A stretch of 64,000 nt of DNA from Mizuhopecten yessoensis (Eukaryota). Positions 11,301-23,889 of this stretch are shown here, piece after piece; the stretch's first letter is position 1, and each line of letters opens with the position of its first letter. Position numbers and translations under genes: made by a program. The notes under the pieces are model-generated. The model made no database searches, was not told the origin of the DNA, and worked only from the letters and a program-made list of their open reading frames with translations. Location of the stretch: assembly GCF_002113885.1 (NCBI RefSeq), contig NW_018403984.1, positions 1,903,409-1,967,408 on the forward strand. Direction: 5' to 3'.

Positions 11301-13319
11301 CGATGACTAGGAGTTGGATAATTTAACAAAAAGTTAACCTGAAGATTAGGAAAAAATGTTAAAAGGTAAATAAATCGCCCTGTCTTTAAATAAATGTACG
11401 ACCATATGATGTGGTCCGAGGCTTACCGAACAACTGTGTGGTGTCAGCAGCACCGTTGGGTAACGATTTACCAGTTAAATAGGTTATTGACAGGGCGCTC
11501 TATCTGATCAAACTAATTTTCCGTGTTTAGTTGTTCTTTACGAGAACTTGTTACGCTTTCTGTCGATAACGTTAAAACAATAAAACAAGATTTAGGTCAA
11601 CGATATTGGAAACATTGGATAAACAATCTACTTAAGTTTTATTTTCAAAACGGTTATCAAAATAATAACAACTGACAATGCATTACAGCTACATCAAAGG
11701 GTATTGCCTGATTTCTGAAACCTTTAACTTCACGCTTAATCTGTTGCTTCATCTTACTTGCAGACAACAAGGTGTAATTTAATCAAACTCGTCCACGCTA
11801 TCAGCAGAATTTATCAACACGAAAGAAGGCGACAGAGTTTCTGTGTATAAAATCCTCGGGACTCTAACCTCAAAATCAAATAGGTTTTGTGGTGTTGTTT
11901 CGTTATCATTATATATTCTTGGCAGAAGTGTTTCCGGATTTTTTTTTTATAACCGTTGAATTAATTACAAAGATGACAATTTTCTTGCCGACATCTCGGC
12001 TTCATCTACCAATTGATATGTCCAGTGATTGAATCCGTATTTTCCTCAGCCTTTTAATAACTTTAATCTATGCTACCTTGCATATTTTGTGACAAAGTTA
12101 ATTATTTTGGTGTTTACAGTGAAAAAACAAAGACCGTATGACAGCAGTCTATTGTTTGTTTACAAGCGAGGTCAACTTAATTTTGGAACAGAATTTAGAA
12201 ATGATAAAAGTCAAGATTACAATCTAAAATGCTGACATTAGTGTGATTTCACTAGATTAAAGGTAGACAAATGAAAAAAGACACGTGACCTTGTTGACCT
12301 TGACTGTAAGCGTACCAGTCTATTACAATAGCGCCACAATCGTTGTCCGGACAGGTGGCGACGTTTATAATCACAGACCACATGTTGTCCTGTCTCGCGT
12401 ACTTCGCGTGCGTCACGGGACTCTCTTTCGTCTGCCTGTCGTGCTTTACAATAAACACGCATGCGTAATATGAATCAATTTCAGGGCTTGTTCTATTGCA
12501 TATTTTTTAAACGGAGTTTTCGTTCGCCACTTGCTATCGTAGCCAAAATACACGAAATATATTTTGGTACTTGCTATGAAACATATACGGAACTTTCTCC
12601 CTGGATGGCTAAAATCCCATCGGTATTCCGCTGACTATTATTCAACATACGCATAATCAAATAAAAGTCAATCTTTAAGATAGAACTTAGTGGTGTTCCA
12701 GGTGAGAAACCCACACCAAAATGGATCTGATGGTATTTGAAATAAATAAATAAAGCTTACAGAAGTTTATTTGTTGTGATGTACTGTTTCAACAAATGAG
12801 TACACTTTCTCCAAACATCATCGACCAGGCTTATAATTCAAATCTACACGTTCAAAAGTCACAAAAAACAAAATGTCTTGGAAGCGTTCGATACAGCTTC
12901 CGATTCCTTCCATGATGGTTAAAAGATGAAATGATTTGGGAGCGTGACAGCCGAGGCATACCGGGAGACAACAAGAGGGGGACTGTAATTGCGATGGATG
13001 GTAATTAAAATACGATTTCTGTGATGTATGACACTCGGGGCAGCCATTTTATACAATTACACGTGCGCGTCTCGAGACCTCGAGATCGATTCCAGCCACG
13101 GAGACATTAGACGTGTGTACTTACTCCCGTCAGCTAACTGTAGATCAACCTCAGTCGGCATCATCCAGCTTTTTGTTCTTAACGAACAATCTTGTTTTAT
13201 TTTGATTCTTAGAGGGTAGAGGGTATATGGCATTATCTAGAAGCGTGTGATTTAGGTAAAAACTGACCAAATCAAAACGAGAGGAATTCTACCCTATATT
13301 TAAGCAATTGTGTGGTTCC

Positions 13320-13944
13320 AGCCTCACGTTTGGCAATAGTGTTAAGCGTTCGCCCGAGTGCGGTAGGCAATGGGTTCTTTCCCAAGGCCAGGACATACCA
13401 AAGTCCTTAAAAATGGCAGTTGTTATTCCCTACGAAAAGTTAAGCATCTAGAGTTATCGCAACAACGGGTTCACCTGTGGTCATTATAAAGTGACAGGGC
13501 GGAATGCTGTGCTGGGTACCTTCAGCATGGTATTTCAGCGAGGTAGCACTATAAAGACGGCATCAGATTTGCGCTACCACAAGGAGGTCGGGTGGTGCAG
13601 TGGATAGCGCACTTGCCTTTCACCAAGGCGGCCGGGGTTCGATTCCCCGATCGGACGTGAACAGATCGGGGTCAACTGCCGGACCAAGTGGATTTTCTCC
13701 GGGTACTCCAGTTTCATCCCACACTAAGACCCCCCCACGTGCTAACATCCGGGCCAACAAGAGTGATTAATATAGGTTGTAATAACTTGCAAAATAAATA
13801 AAGTTTATATTTATAAGGAGGCAAATACAACAACATACCCTACCTTCAGCACACATAAATACATGCACGCATGCATTACACACATTGTGGCACGTCCGTA
13901 AATCCCTAAGCTGTTGATATGACATTAAACAAAAACTACAAACC
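13320..13944 (+). mobile_element. tRNA-derived SINE with Meta/MESC-type core, interrupted by a second SINE
   Basis: Degenerate A/B boxes (13331, 13372), core CATACCAAAGTCCTTAAAAATGGCAGTTGTT (13394), and tail CTAAGCTGTTGATATGACATTAAAC..AAACC shared with the copy at 14155-14425. Confidence 0.75.
13588..13814 (+). mobile_element. V-core SINE with tRNA-Glu-like head, nested insertion
   Basis: A box TGGTGCAGTGG 13593, CTTTCAC loop, B box GGTTCGATTCC 13636, V core TTTTCTCCGGGTACTCCAGTTTCATCCCACA, AT-rich tail. TSD AAGGAGG at 13581-13587 and 13815-13821. Confidence 0.88.
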
Positions 13945-13999
13945 GTTTCAGTCGTTGACGATTGAAGATATTTCGAAGCTCCGTACAGATCTCTTCCGA

Positions 14000-14073
14000 C
14001 CCCCCCCCCCCCCCCCCCCNNNNNNNNNNNNNNNNNNNNNNNNNNNNNNNNCCCCCCCCCCCCCCCCCCCCCC
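14000..14073. other. Poly-C tract spanning an assembly gap (N 14020-14051)
   Basis: Directly visible. Confidence 0.97.
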
Positions 14074-14154
14074 TCCCAAATAGGTATTGGCCTTTGTGTT
14101 GAACTTTTTCCGAAATGAAAGAGGCAATGGACTCTGTCCACAGGCCGGTATTCA

Positions 14155-14425
14155 AGTTCTTGTTATTCCCTGCTTAATGTTCAGCATTTGGATTGGTTAA
14201 TCGGTGTCAAGGATAATGTGAACGGGTGGAATAGGGTTTAAGTGCCTTAGCTGTAAGGTAACACTTTAAAGTCGGCATCAGATCCTCGTTATCGCACAAT
14301 ACACCAACATACCATTACTCCAACACACATACACACATGTATGTATACATCAATCACACTGAGGCACGTCCTTACATTATCTTAGCTGTCAATTGGACGT
14401 CAAACAATATTAACCTAAAAACCAG
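14155..14425 (+). mobile_element. Second, headless Meta-type SINE copy
   Basis: Shares TTGTTATTCCCT, CACTTTAAAGTCGGCATCAGAT and GGCACGTCC..CTTAGCTGTCAATTGGACGTCAAAC with 13320-13944. Confidence 0.7.
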
Positions 14426-14671
14426 ACAAAACACAGACTAGCTTTGATGATGAGCGTTTTGAAGTTTTTAAATTTGTTTGTTGTTTTTTTGAGTGGTTCG
14501 CTTCAGTACCGAGTAGTTCCGTTTCGAAAAGACGATTTCAAGATTCCAAAGGAGTCTATTAACATTTTTTAAATATGTATGACGTGATTGACAAAGCGAA
14601 CCTGTATAAAAATTAGCTCTCCTAAACAATACAAGATAAAGCAAATACCCCGTTCTTTTCTGAATATATGC

Positions 14672-14852
14672 TATAAATATTTTACAATGATTATGAAAAA
14701 GGTTTTCTAACTTAAACTTATCTATCTTCTTGGACCGTTTGGAAGCACACAGAAGGTGTAACTGTGGGGGGAAACCGGAGTACCCGGAGAAAACCAAAGG
14801 AGATCGAACACCGGCTGCCTTTGTTAAAGGTGAGTGCGTTATCCACTGCGCC
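14672..14852 (-). mobile_element. Second V-core SINE copy (internally deleted)
   Basis: Minus strand GGCGCAGTGGATAACGCACTCACCTTTAACAAAGGCAGCCGGTGTTCGATCTCC, then GGTTTTCTCCGGGTACTCCGGTTTCCCCCCACA; homologous to 13588-13814. Confidence 0.82.
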
Positions 14853-15987
14853 TTTTATTTTTTCAATTTCCGTATCTTTTCTGTTGTCAGGTATGTTGGC
14901 AAAACATAAACATTATAACTAGACCACGGCCACAGAATATTAAACAGGGATTTAAAATAATTATGCAGATTTATTTCTGCTTGTCCACGTTAAGTTTGTG
15001 TTACATGTTTGTATTTGAAAATGAATTTTAAACTGCATTTCTGCTCTAAAACCACTTTGGCCTTGCTGATAAGTGCTTTAACTAACCAAATATACTCGAT
15101 AAAGTACATACTCTATATTTTCGGCAAACATCAATATACACAAACCTTCACCATATTTAATATCTCTTTTAATATAAACGATGATATATTTGCACTAGGA
15201 ATAATGAATATCCTTTGTTCACAAATTCCGATAAGTAATAATTTTATCATCATAACTGTTCATCAACGCCTCCACGCGGAGACATCCCCAGTTGACACGT
15301 GCAGTGACATTGATGCCGTACGACCTTGCACAGGTGTCGAAATATGCATGATCTAAAGATAAAATATCAAAATCATATATCATCATCGTGTATGGACGGA
15401 AATATTTCACTGCAAAATGTTTATAAATACAAGGAAGCAAGCTGTGACGTTTTAATCTGTAAGTGGACCCTGTTTTCCCGAATGCCTGCTGTCTTTGTAC
15501 TGGTAACAGGTGGTTGTTGTCTAGGTACGTTGATATTCACTAATTATAAACCTTGTCCGATTAATGCCGCTCGTTTTATAATTCTGACATCACTGATACA
15601 TCGGTTATCTGTAAGGCCAAACCTAGGAATATGTATTTTACACAGCTATTAAGGCGGGAAGAGGATTCGATAATGAACAGTTTACGACTCATTTGTTTGG
15701 AACACACTACAGGGGAGTAAATTAGGAATAAGGAAACAGAAAAATGTCTTAATACACTATAACAGTTCATTGATAGTCAATATACCTTTCTTTTATATGG
15801 TGCGTGTGAAAGAAGAAATTCCGTTCCAAATGTGCCAAAGAATTGACAAATTCTTAAAAATAAGGGCATGCAGATCTTTAATGACTAAGGGTTAAATTTT
15901 AGAATAGATTTAAAGGAAATACCGAATATTTTCTTCTGACAAAGGAAGACAAAAACGGCCGAGTTCCACAGACACATTACCTGGCTT

Positions 15988-16585
15988 ATACAGTAGTCCA
16001 CGGACCAATAACTAGGTCAAAACAGTAGTCCACGGACCAATAACTAGGTCAATACCGAAGTCCACGGACCAAAATCTAGGTCATTACAGAAGTTCACGGA
16101 TCAATAACTAGGTCACAACAGTAGTCCACGGACCAATAACTAGGTCAATACCGAAGTCCACTGACCAATAACTAGGTCAATACAGAAGTCCACGGACCAA
16201 TAACTGGGTCAATACAGAAGTTCACGGACCAATAATTAGGTCAAAAAGTAGTCCACGGACCAATAACTAGGTCGATACAGAAGTCCACGGACCAATAACT
16301 AGGTCAATACAGAAGTCCACGGACCAATAACTAGGTCAAAACAGAAGTCCACGGACCAATAACTAGGTCAATACAACAGTCCATGGACTAAAAACTAGGT
16401 TAATATCGTAGTCCAAGTAATTAGGTAAATATCGTAGCCCAAGGTCTAATAACTAGGTCAATATCGTAACCCAAGGACGTATAACTAGGCCAATATCGTA
16501 GCCCAAGGACTAATAACTAGGCCAATATCGTAGCCCAAAGATTAATAACTAGGCCAATATCGTAGCCCAAGGACTAATAACTATC
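15988..16585. repeat. 32-bp minisatellite, about 18 copies, two subtypes
   Basis: CAGWAGTCCACGGACCAATAACTAGGTCAAWA (period 32: 15991, 16023), shifting to TCGTAGCCCAAGGACTAATAACTAGGCCAATA after about 16400. Confidence 0.95.
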
Positions 16586-16618
16586 TTAATACATCAATCA
16601 ATATACTAACAATTAGGG

Positions 16619-16930
16619 CAATATAAAAGTCTGAAAGCTTCTAACTAGGTTAGTACTGTAGTCAATATAAAAGTCTGAAAGCTTCTAACTAGGTTAATAC
16701 TGTAGTCAATATAAAAGTCTGAAAGCTTCTAACCAGGTTAATACTGTAGTCAATATAAAAGTCTGAAAGCTTCTAACCAGGTTAGTACTGTAGTCAATAT
16801 AAAAGTCTGAAAGCTTCTAACTAGGTTAATACTGTAGTCAATATAAAAGTCTGAAAGTTTCTAACTAGGTTAATACTGTAGTCAATATAAAAGTCTGAAA
16901 GCTTCTAACCAGGTTAATACTGTAGTCAAT
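16619..16930. repeat. 44-bp minisatellite, about 7 copies
   Basis: CAATATAAAAGTCTGAAAGCTTCTAACTAGGTTAATACTGTAGT, period 44 (16621, 16665). Confidence 0.95.
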
Positions 16931-18550
16931 ACATTTAACACGATCAATGTAGGTAAGTAATGTAATACTGATAATATCTATGATGCAAACGTTTGTTTTG
17001 TGTTTTTGATCAAAAGGCTTATTGGCAATGATTTCATTTATATGTCGGCAAATGTAGACTGTTCATAGCAGCGAAATGCTTGGTTTTGAGTTTTACCTTA
17101 TGCTGTGTCCTTTTATTATTTTCTTAGCTAATAACATATTATCAAACATTTCACAGTGTTTAAACATTGCAATTCCTGCATACAAATTAAAGGGGACAAT
17201 AAACGGATGAAGTTGTTAAAAATATTTGCTACAGTCGGAATATGCAATTAACAAATTAATAAAATTAACAAAATTTACCTTTTCATGACGTAAATAGAAC
17301 AATAAGCGCATAGCACGGTGCATGAACCTATGTTTTCTACCATCTGCGTCATACGGTAATGAATGCCTGCATATTTCATTCATTTTAATTAATCATACAC
17401 AGTCAATTAATGCAGGTATATAATATACAACATCTGTTTATAATGGACTCCGTTTGATAGTGCTCGTTCAGCACAATATTATACTTCCCAAAATAAGTAA
17501 ATCATACGGAAACAAAGTAGAATAATATAAATAGTCCTGCACCTCCGGACAAGCTGTGGTATCAAAACAAACTCTGTATCTAGTGGGGGTTTAGATCTAA
17601 TTGTATTGCGCGAGACTCAGCCATCCACAAAGGTACTCAAATACAAAATCTGACATTTGAAGGTGAGAAAGTACATGATATATGATCTGGATAATCTGAC
17701 ACACGGAGCACAAAGGACCATAACTCTGTTAAAATTTGAGTCGTGCGACCTTGACACGTATTCATGAAACAAGAGTGCCTGTTTATCGAGTTTCGATTGT
17801 CGAGCGGAATTTCTAGTCAACCTTCTAGAAATAAATGTTTACTCGAAACGCGAAAAGTCTACCGTTATACTATGTACTACAACAATATGATACCAACGAC
17901 TTAATGAGCAATCTACACCCACATCTGTCTAATTACTGCACTTACTGGGCCAAACTAAAGAGAGGCTCTTTTCTGGGTACCAAAAGGGGTAGGGTAAATC
18001 ACAAGGAAAAGTCTGGTACATTTTGAGTTGAAATTTACAACTTTACTCATTTGAGTACATTTACATTAAATGCATATTCACTACACACTTTCCTTTTATT
18101 TTATACTGAGTTATGCCTTCTGGACACATCTCAAACTTGGCAATTTCAAATGTCTCTTAATCTTAAGTGAATTAAAAGGTGCAGGGCAACATTTATATAC
18201 TATATATATATATATTCTGTATGCTTGGACCCATTTACAAAAATGACATTCATTTTTGCATAACACAGGTGACGTCATCACTGCGTACTGATACACTACA
18301 AACGATTCACTTTGCTCACATTCGTCGTGAAACAGCCCTCCATGTTGTTTTGTTATGCTAATATGAATTAACATGTTAAGTATATGATAATAATTTACGA
18401 CTTATTTCTACAAATCCAATTTCGAAAATGGAACTTCATTTTGTTTGTTTTGTTGTTATACTGTTGCTAGGACCCCCTGGGCGAAAGTTTTGCATTTTTC
18501 CTTTATTTATGCCTGCATCGGAAAATTCAAAGCACCTGGGAATGCAAATA

Positions 18551-18694
18551 TAAGGAATGAAATTAATAATGTTTTTGGCATTCATGAGGTCATAACAACA
18601 TTGGCTTTTTGGATATATTAACCAGGAATCGCTAACGCGAAAGCCAATGTTGGTATGATCTCATGAATGTCAAAGATATTAATTTCATTCCTTA
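18551..18694. mobile_element. Palindromic MITE (possibly Crypton-type non-autonomous element)
   Basis: TAAGGAATGAAATTAATA..GGCATTCATGAGGTCATAACAACATTGGCTTT is mirrored by AAAGCCAATGTTGGTATGATCTCATGAATGTC..TATTAATTTCATTCCTTA. Family assignment is tentative. Confidence 0.7.
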
Positions 18695-18721
18695 GGTATA
18701 AGATATTAATAGTTAACATTG

Positions 18722-18790
18722 TATATTATATATAATATATATATTATATATATTATATATATTATATATATTATATAAATTATATCATAT
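18722..18790. repeat. AT-rich microsatellite (TATATATAT-type)
   Basis: Directly visible. Confidence 0.9.
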
Positions 18791-20062
18791 TTGCTCCACA
18801 CCTGTGGCTGAAGTGAGTTCAGGTCCTGATTTGTTTTCTTACTTATCAAAGCTAGCTTATATATAAAAATGACATTTGCTACCACAACTACTGTAAATTG
18901 ACTAATTTAATATATGAAGTTTGATTTGCTGGTAATTTTAAGTCTCCTAACCTCAAGGAAAGTATCTGTTTTAATCGTTATAGCTAACCCATTTCATTGA
19001 TTTATCAATTGTTCCGCCTATTTCCAATAATAAGGGCTGATTGTACATAAAAGGCATGCTGGGTAAGCATGCAACATAGAAATTAGTTCTAATTAATGAT
19101 ATTTATAATTTGTGACAGTTTCCCCATAATGCCCTTTTACTTCAAAAACACATTTTCTGGTGTTTTAGAGTACAAACTCAGGGCATCTCACTGCCTAACA
19201 CCAAATATGTCCTTACAATATCAGTCTATATGAAGGTATGTCGATAGTAGTAAGCGATACGTATGACATGCTAGGCTGACCAAAAGCCAGATATTTATGC
19301 TTTGAATACATCAAGAGAGACTAAGTCATATAAACATAAATACCTGTTTAATAACACATGTTTCCAAAAACAAAAATGGTATTATGTTGGTTATTTTAGT
19401 GTTTTTTTAAAACAGCAAATTATTTTGTAATTTACCCTACCCATTTATGTACCCCAAAAACCCACTTTTGGTCAAACTTTTTGTAATACAATAGGACATC
19501 TTTGAACAAATTAAGGAAGTGAAAATCCGGATATACCTGGGCCCAAAAAGGGCCTTATAGACACTCGCCCTTTGCTGCCTCTAATTTATTTACTTGGACT
19601 TTAGTAATTTTTCAAATAATTTGGAGTTGTCCTTGCTATTTGTAAAGCAACATGGACACAAAGCGGAGGCTGGTTTATCGGGTTGTCTGTTATAATATCA
19701 AGATCACCCTGTCAAAGGTCAAACGTGTTACAATTGTCAGAACTGTTCTCACAATCACGTGAGCTTTAAACGATGTTGTACCGGGGTATTTTGCGATAAA
19801 ATCGAATCATTAGAATTTGACTAAGGTGCTATTTTTCTCCCTAGCTATATTTTAACATTAAAATCTTATATTTCTCGTGGAACAAAAAATATAATTCCCT
19901 GAAGGAATGTGTAGAAGAGTGATATCTCAGTTGGAAAACCCTCACAAATAGTCATACGCCGTAAGCTTAAAGGCAAAAAAAAAAAAAAATGTTTTTTTTT
20001 TCGAACGACCGCAAATGAAAGCAATCTGCATTCTGTGTTGATATATGCACATCATCCAACAC

Positions 20063-20096
<34 letters not shown>

Positions 20097-20536
20097 GAGA
20101 ATCTTCTCTTCAAGAAGAAAACAGAAAGACGGTCTGTACATGTTTAGGTGACTGTGTGACGCTGTAAGATGGTATTTAAGAGGAAGAGCGTCAATAATTT
20201 GTAAAAAATGCGTAGTGGGAATGGTGTGGCTCTTTTCTTATACACGTTAAAAACGGTCTGCGCCAGCTAAAATGTGGAGAATGGTATGGAGGCAGTAAAT
20301 GAGAGACCAGCATTGTGTTTCATCATAAAGAAATACTAGATGTAATGTAGGGGAAATGCCACAACACCCAAGGATAATATCAAAACACTAACAGACGACG
20401 GTACGATCCGAGAAAATATCCGAAGGGAAGCTTGTTTACGATTTTGCGCCACTGCAACACGTAATGTCATATATACAGACGACGTATGAACATAATAAAG
20501 TCACTTAAGGGCAATTTTAACCTGGATATAATAGCG

Positions 20537-20650
20537 TGGTACTCAACCACGTCACGTTACTCTGACTACGGCCATGTTACTACACCACGTCACGTTATTC
20601 TGACTACGGCCATGGTACTACACCGCGTCACGTTACTCTAACTACGGCCA
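20537..20650. repeat. 38-bp tandem repeat x3
   Basis: ACCACGTCACGTTACTCTGACTACGGCCATGKTACTAC at 20546, 20584 and 20622. Confidence 0.92.
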
Positions 20651-22058
20651 ATCAGAGGTGAGTTGGAAAACACAGCCGAAAGGAAAGAGAAGGTAAATGT
20701 AGGAGATTAACTAAAATATATAGGTTCAAAGTGATGCAATTGGAATAATTAAGTCGCTTCATGCGATCTCTTTCCTCAAATCTTGCGCCGGTATCCAAAA
20801 GGAATCTGAACTATCATTGTAAAGAAGAGTTAGATTTCAATCTGAAAGCAAACAGTCATAGCCGATTATACAATGTGTTCACCGCTTCTATGTGATACAT
20901 TTAATTAATTAAATACAAATTCAGCTTTTATTTTGTGGTATTTTTGTAAGAAATGGGAGAGCAGCTGTATGCTTGATATGGCAAGGAGTAAGAATATTCT
21001 GGGGTCGGATAAAACACGTGTCACAGAACACACAAATTAAAAATCAAAGTGAACTACAGTTATTTAATATACTGTATACTTTTTAAAGAAATGGAAATAT
21101 TGCAATTCGGAAAGTAATTATATATTACAATGCAATTAATTACATGTAGCAACGAGTAGTCAACTACTATCTCTTTTCTAAACTGAGATAAGTTCATTGG
21201 TTTTAATGGATATACCGAGTGTTAAAGGGGAATATATACCCGAAATAAACCACAATATTCGCTGATTATTACTGTAACTTCCGGCTGATTGTAAGTATTT
21301 CCGGTCAAATAACTGTAGCAACGCATGCGCACTTCCAATACATCCCGCTTTGCCGCGACTATCGACCACCGTATTGCTAACGATATCATGTCTCTTACAC
21401 TGAAGAAGAAACTGCCTCAATGTCATCCTAACTCGGTGATATAATACTCATGTATTCCTCAAATGTGTTTTCTTATTGGAGAAGAACACGTGATAGAACG
21501 TGAGGAAATCGACAGATGACTGATACAAATCTATTTCGTTAGATCTTAGATAACCATTAATAGAGTGGTGGTTTTATATTGATTTACAAAGAAATAAAAA
21601 CGAAACAATAATTTGTGTTCTACAATGATAATGACAAATATATAACAGCGGGATGACATGCACTTCCCGACGTACCTATGTTAATAGAACACAATCTACA
21701 GTCGGAGGGAACGGCACAAATAAGCATCAACGCCTTGGGGGTATCAAGCTCCTACTTCAAAAACTATCGTTGAGTTGAAATATGTTTTCTAAAGTCGTAA
21801 ACATCTGTAAATCCGCTTTTTACCAGTCTAACATTGATGCTATCTTACATCGTTTACTGTAATGACTCATTGCACGAGAAAAGTACGTGCAGTGGACCTA
21901 CATTTAGCAATAAAAACTGTATGACGACTGTTTAACTCGGTGACGTCATACATCAGGACACGGTAGTTAAGAATATAATTATCGTAATGAGCCATTAACC
22001 AAAATTTCTAAGAAAATGAAACCCCGATTTTTTTAGATTTTTTTCCTCAAAAGTAACA

Positions 22059-22117
22059 CCCCCCCCCCCCCCCAAAAAAAAAAACCCCCCCCCCCCCCCC
22101 AAAAAAAAAAAACCCCC
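22059..22117. repeat. Alternating poly-C/poly-A tracts
   Basis: Long C, A, C, A runs ending in C5. Confidence 0.95.
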
Positions 22118-22390
22118 GTGCTTCTTGTCCTCTAGACTTGTCTGGAAATGACAAATTCAACAATAGTTGCAAGCTCAATAATGAATAGGAAAGTAGGATA
22201 TACGTTTTTGAAAGTTATATTCATAACACTTATCAGACCGTCATTTCACGTGGAATCAATTGCTTCAGTTTTGACATAACAAATCAAGGCATCGCAACAA
22301 CGTCACCGAATTCCAGTTCTAAACACATCGTGACGCGACAATAAAAGCTTGGGGTCGACAATATCGATATTTCAAATTTCATGTCGGCTT

Positions 22391-22480
22391 TTAACTCATT
22401 AATCCCTGAATTTTGTAATGAACTATTCCAACCTTTGAATTGGAGCAGTTCAAATTTATCTTTAGAGGTGAATGAGTTAA
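22391..22480. mobile_element. 90-bp TTAA-flanked MITE (piggyBac-like target)
   Basis: TTAACTCATTAATCCCT versus the reverse-complemented right end TTAACTCATTCACCTCT; TTAA at both ends. Confidence 0.75.
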
Positions 22481-23889
22481 AGATGTTGTTGTATTAAATC
22501 TTGGTTTTGTTAGAAACAAAATCTTACACAAGTTCTATTTCATACGAGATCTCTATTTATTTGACATAATTCATTTCCACGGGTTATTTAAACGTCGCGT
22601 TACTGTTCTATATTCTAATATATATACGTGGCAGCATAACGTAAACGTAAAACAGTTTGAATGAATTTAGCAAAGAAATCATATAAAAAATATATGTGCA
22701 AAAAGTAGACTTTGATTTACGTTAAATAGTTATACCAAAAATCGAACATGATGTATTTAGATCAAGAGACTGTATGGAATTGAGGTCATCGCTGTCAGAA
22801 CAATTCTTGTTTAAAAAACGCTGACCAATCACGCAACATTGATTCAAGAGCCGATGGTCAATTCGTTCCGGCGCCCTTGGTCTTAGAAACGGACGTTTTA
22901 CACGGAAATGGCGTCTGGGGACGTAAAAAGTAATTTTCGTTTGACCACTAACGAATAAAGGTTTACTAATGTGGCAGCACCATTACCTATCTAACATCGC
23001 CAATGACGCCATGGTGGTCGTCACATATTCTCGCTTATGCAAATCCGTTCGGATGTCGTCTACATCCGACCATACAATCAATGTAAAAGAGTAATTCATT
23101 TTATCGATGATTCATTCATTTCTAACGTTTCTAATTCTAGTTATTCTTACTGCAATATCGCCTCCTCTCGTCTCATGCGTCCTTCAGTTCACGTAATTAT
23201 TGCTACCAAGGCGCGCCATAGAATTTCAAACTCTCACGCGCGCACGAGACTCGCTGTCGTCTGCTCGGCCTGTTATGAGGTTATTTGACATTTCTGTCGT
23301 AGATCAGTTGCTACATAATTGTTATGAGCGGTTGTGATATAAAGTAGATAACCAAGATATGATCAAGTGAGATACGGTAAATACCCTCCGATAAAGGCCT
23401 ACTCATAATCGACCACCAGTGGGGACTGGTAAACATCTATAGTCATTGGAGACCTGAGACCCTCACTAGGAATGCCGACTCCATAGATATGCTTTTCCGC
23501 CTTAGATATACTAGAGAGATCAGATGATGAAGCCTTATTGTCCTGGCATAGATCCCTCCCGATCTGTTGGTGTTGTGAACCTTTTGTGTTTTGGTACCGG
23601 AAGTAGTTTTCTTGTGTTCTGTTGCAACTTCGCATGTAGTACATACAATGTACTAACTCAAAGTAAAGTATAACGGATGTTTGACAGCTATTGAACCCCT
23701 GTGCTGGGAGGCAGGGGTTGGACTCCCGGCGTAAAATTAAGAGTGTATTAAAGTTATTGTATGGAATTGTTTTGTGGCAGCACATTTTAAAAGTGTCAAT
23801 TATATGGAGTCAAATTTGGTTTTATTTGGTTGAGAAAAAGATATAAAGATATTTTCGGGAAGTCCTCATATTTTTTTCATAAAATTTAC

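Noticed and set aside
13586-13657. tRNA-Glu gene
   Set aside because: Imperfect acceptor and anticodon stems, and it continues into a V-SINE core with a TSD; it is a SINE head.
13990-14000. CTCTTCCGA next to the gap, resembling an Illumina adapter
   Set aside because: Only 9 bp match; not distinguishable from chance.
14428-14457. Similarity to miR-2 (CACAGACTAGCTTTGATGA)
   Set aside because: Seed mismatch and no complementary precursor arm nearby.
15988-16930. CRISPR-like appearance of 32-bp repeats (also considered for the 30.5-33 kb and 48-49.7 kb arrays)
   Set aside because: Units are head-to-tail with no unique spacers, no cas genes are present, and the context is eukaryotic.
23399-23785. 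128-aa minus-strand ORF
   Set aside because: No recognisable domain, no ATG start and no convincing splice context; consistent with a chance ORF.
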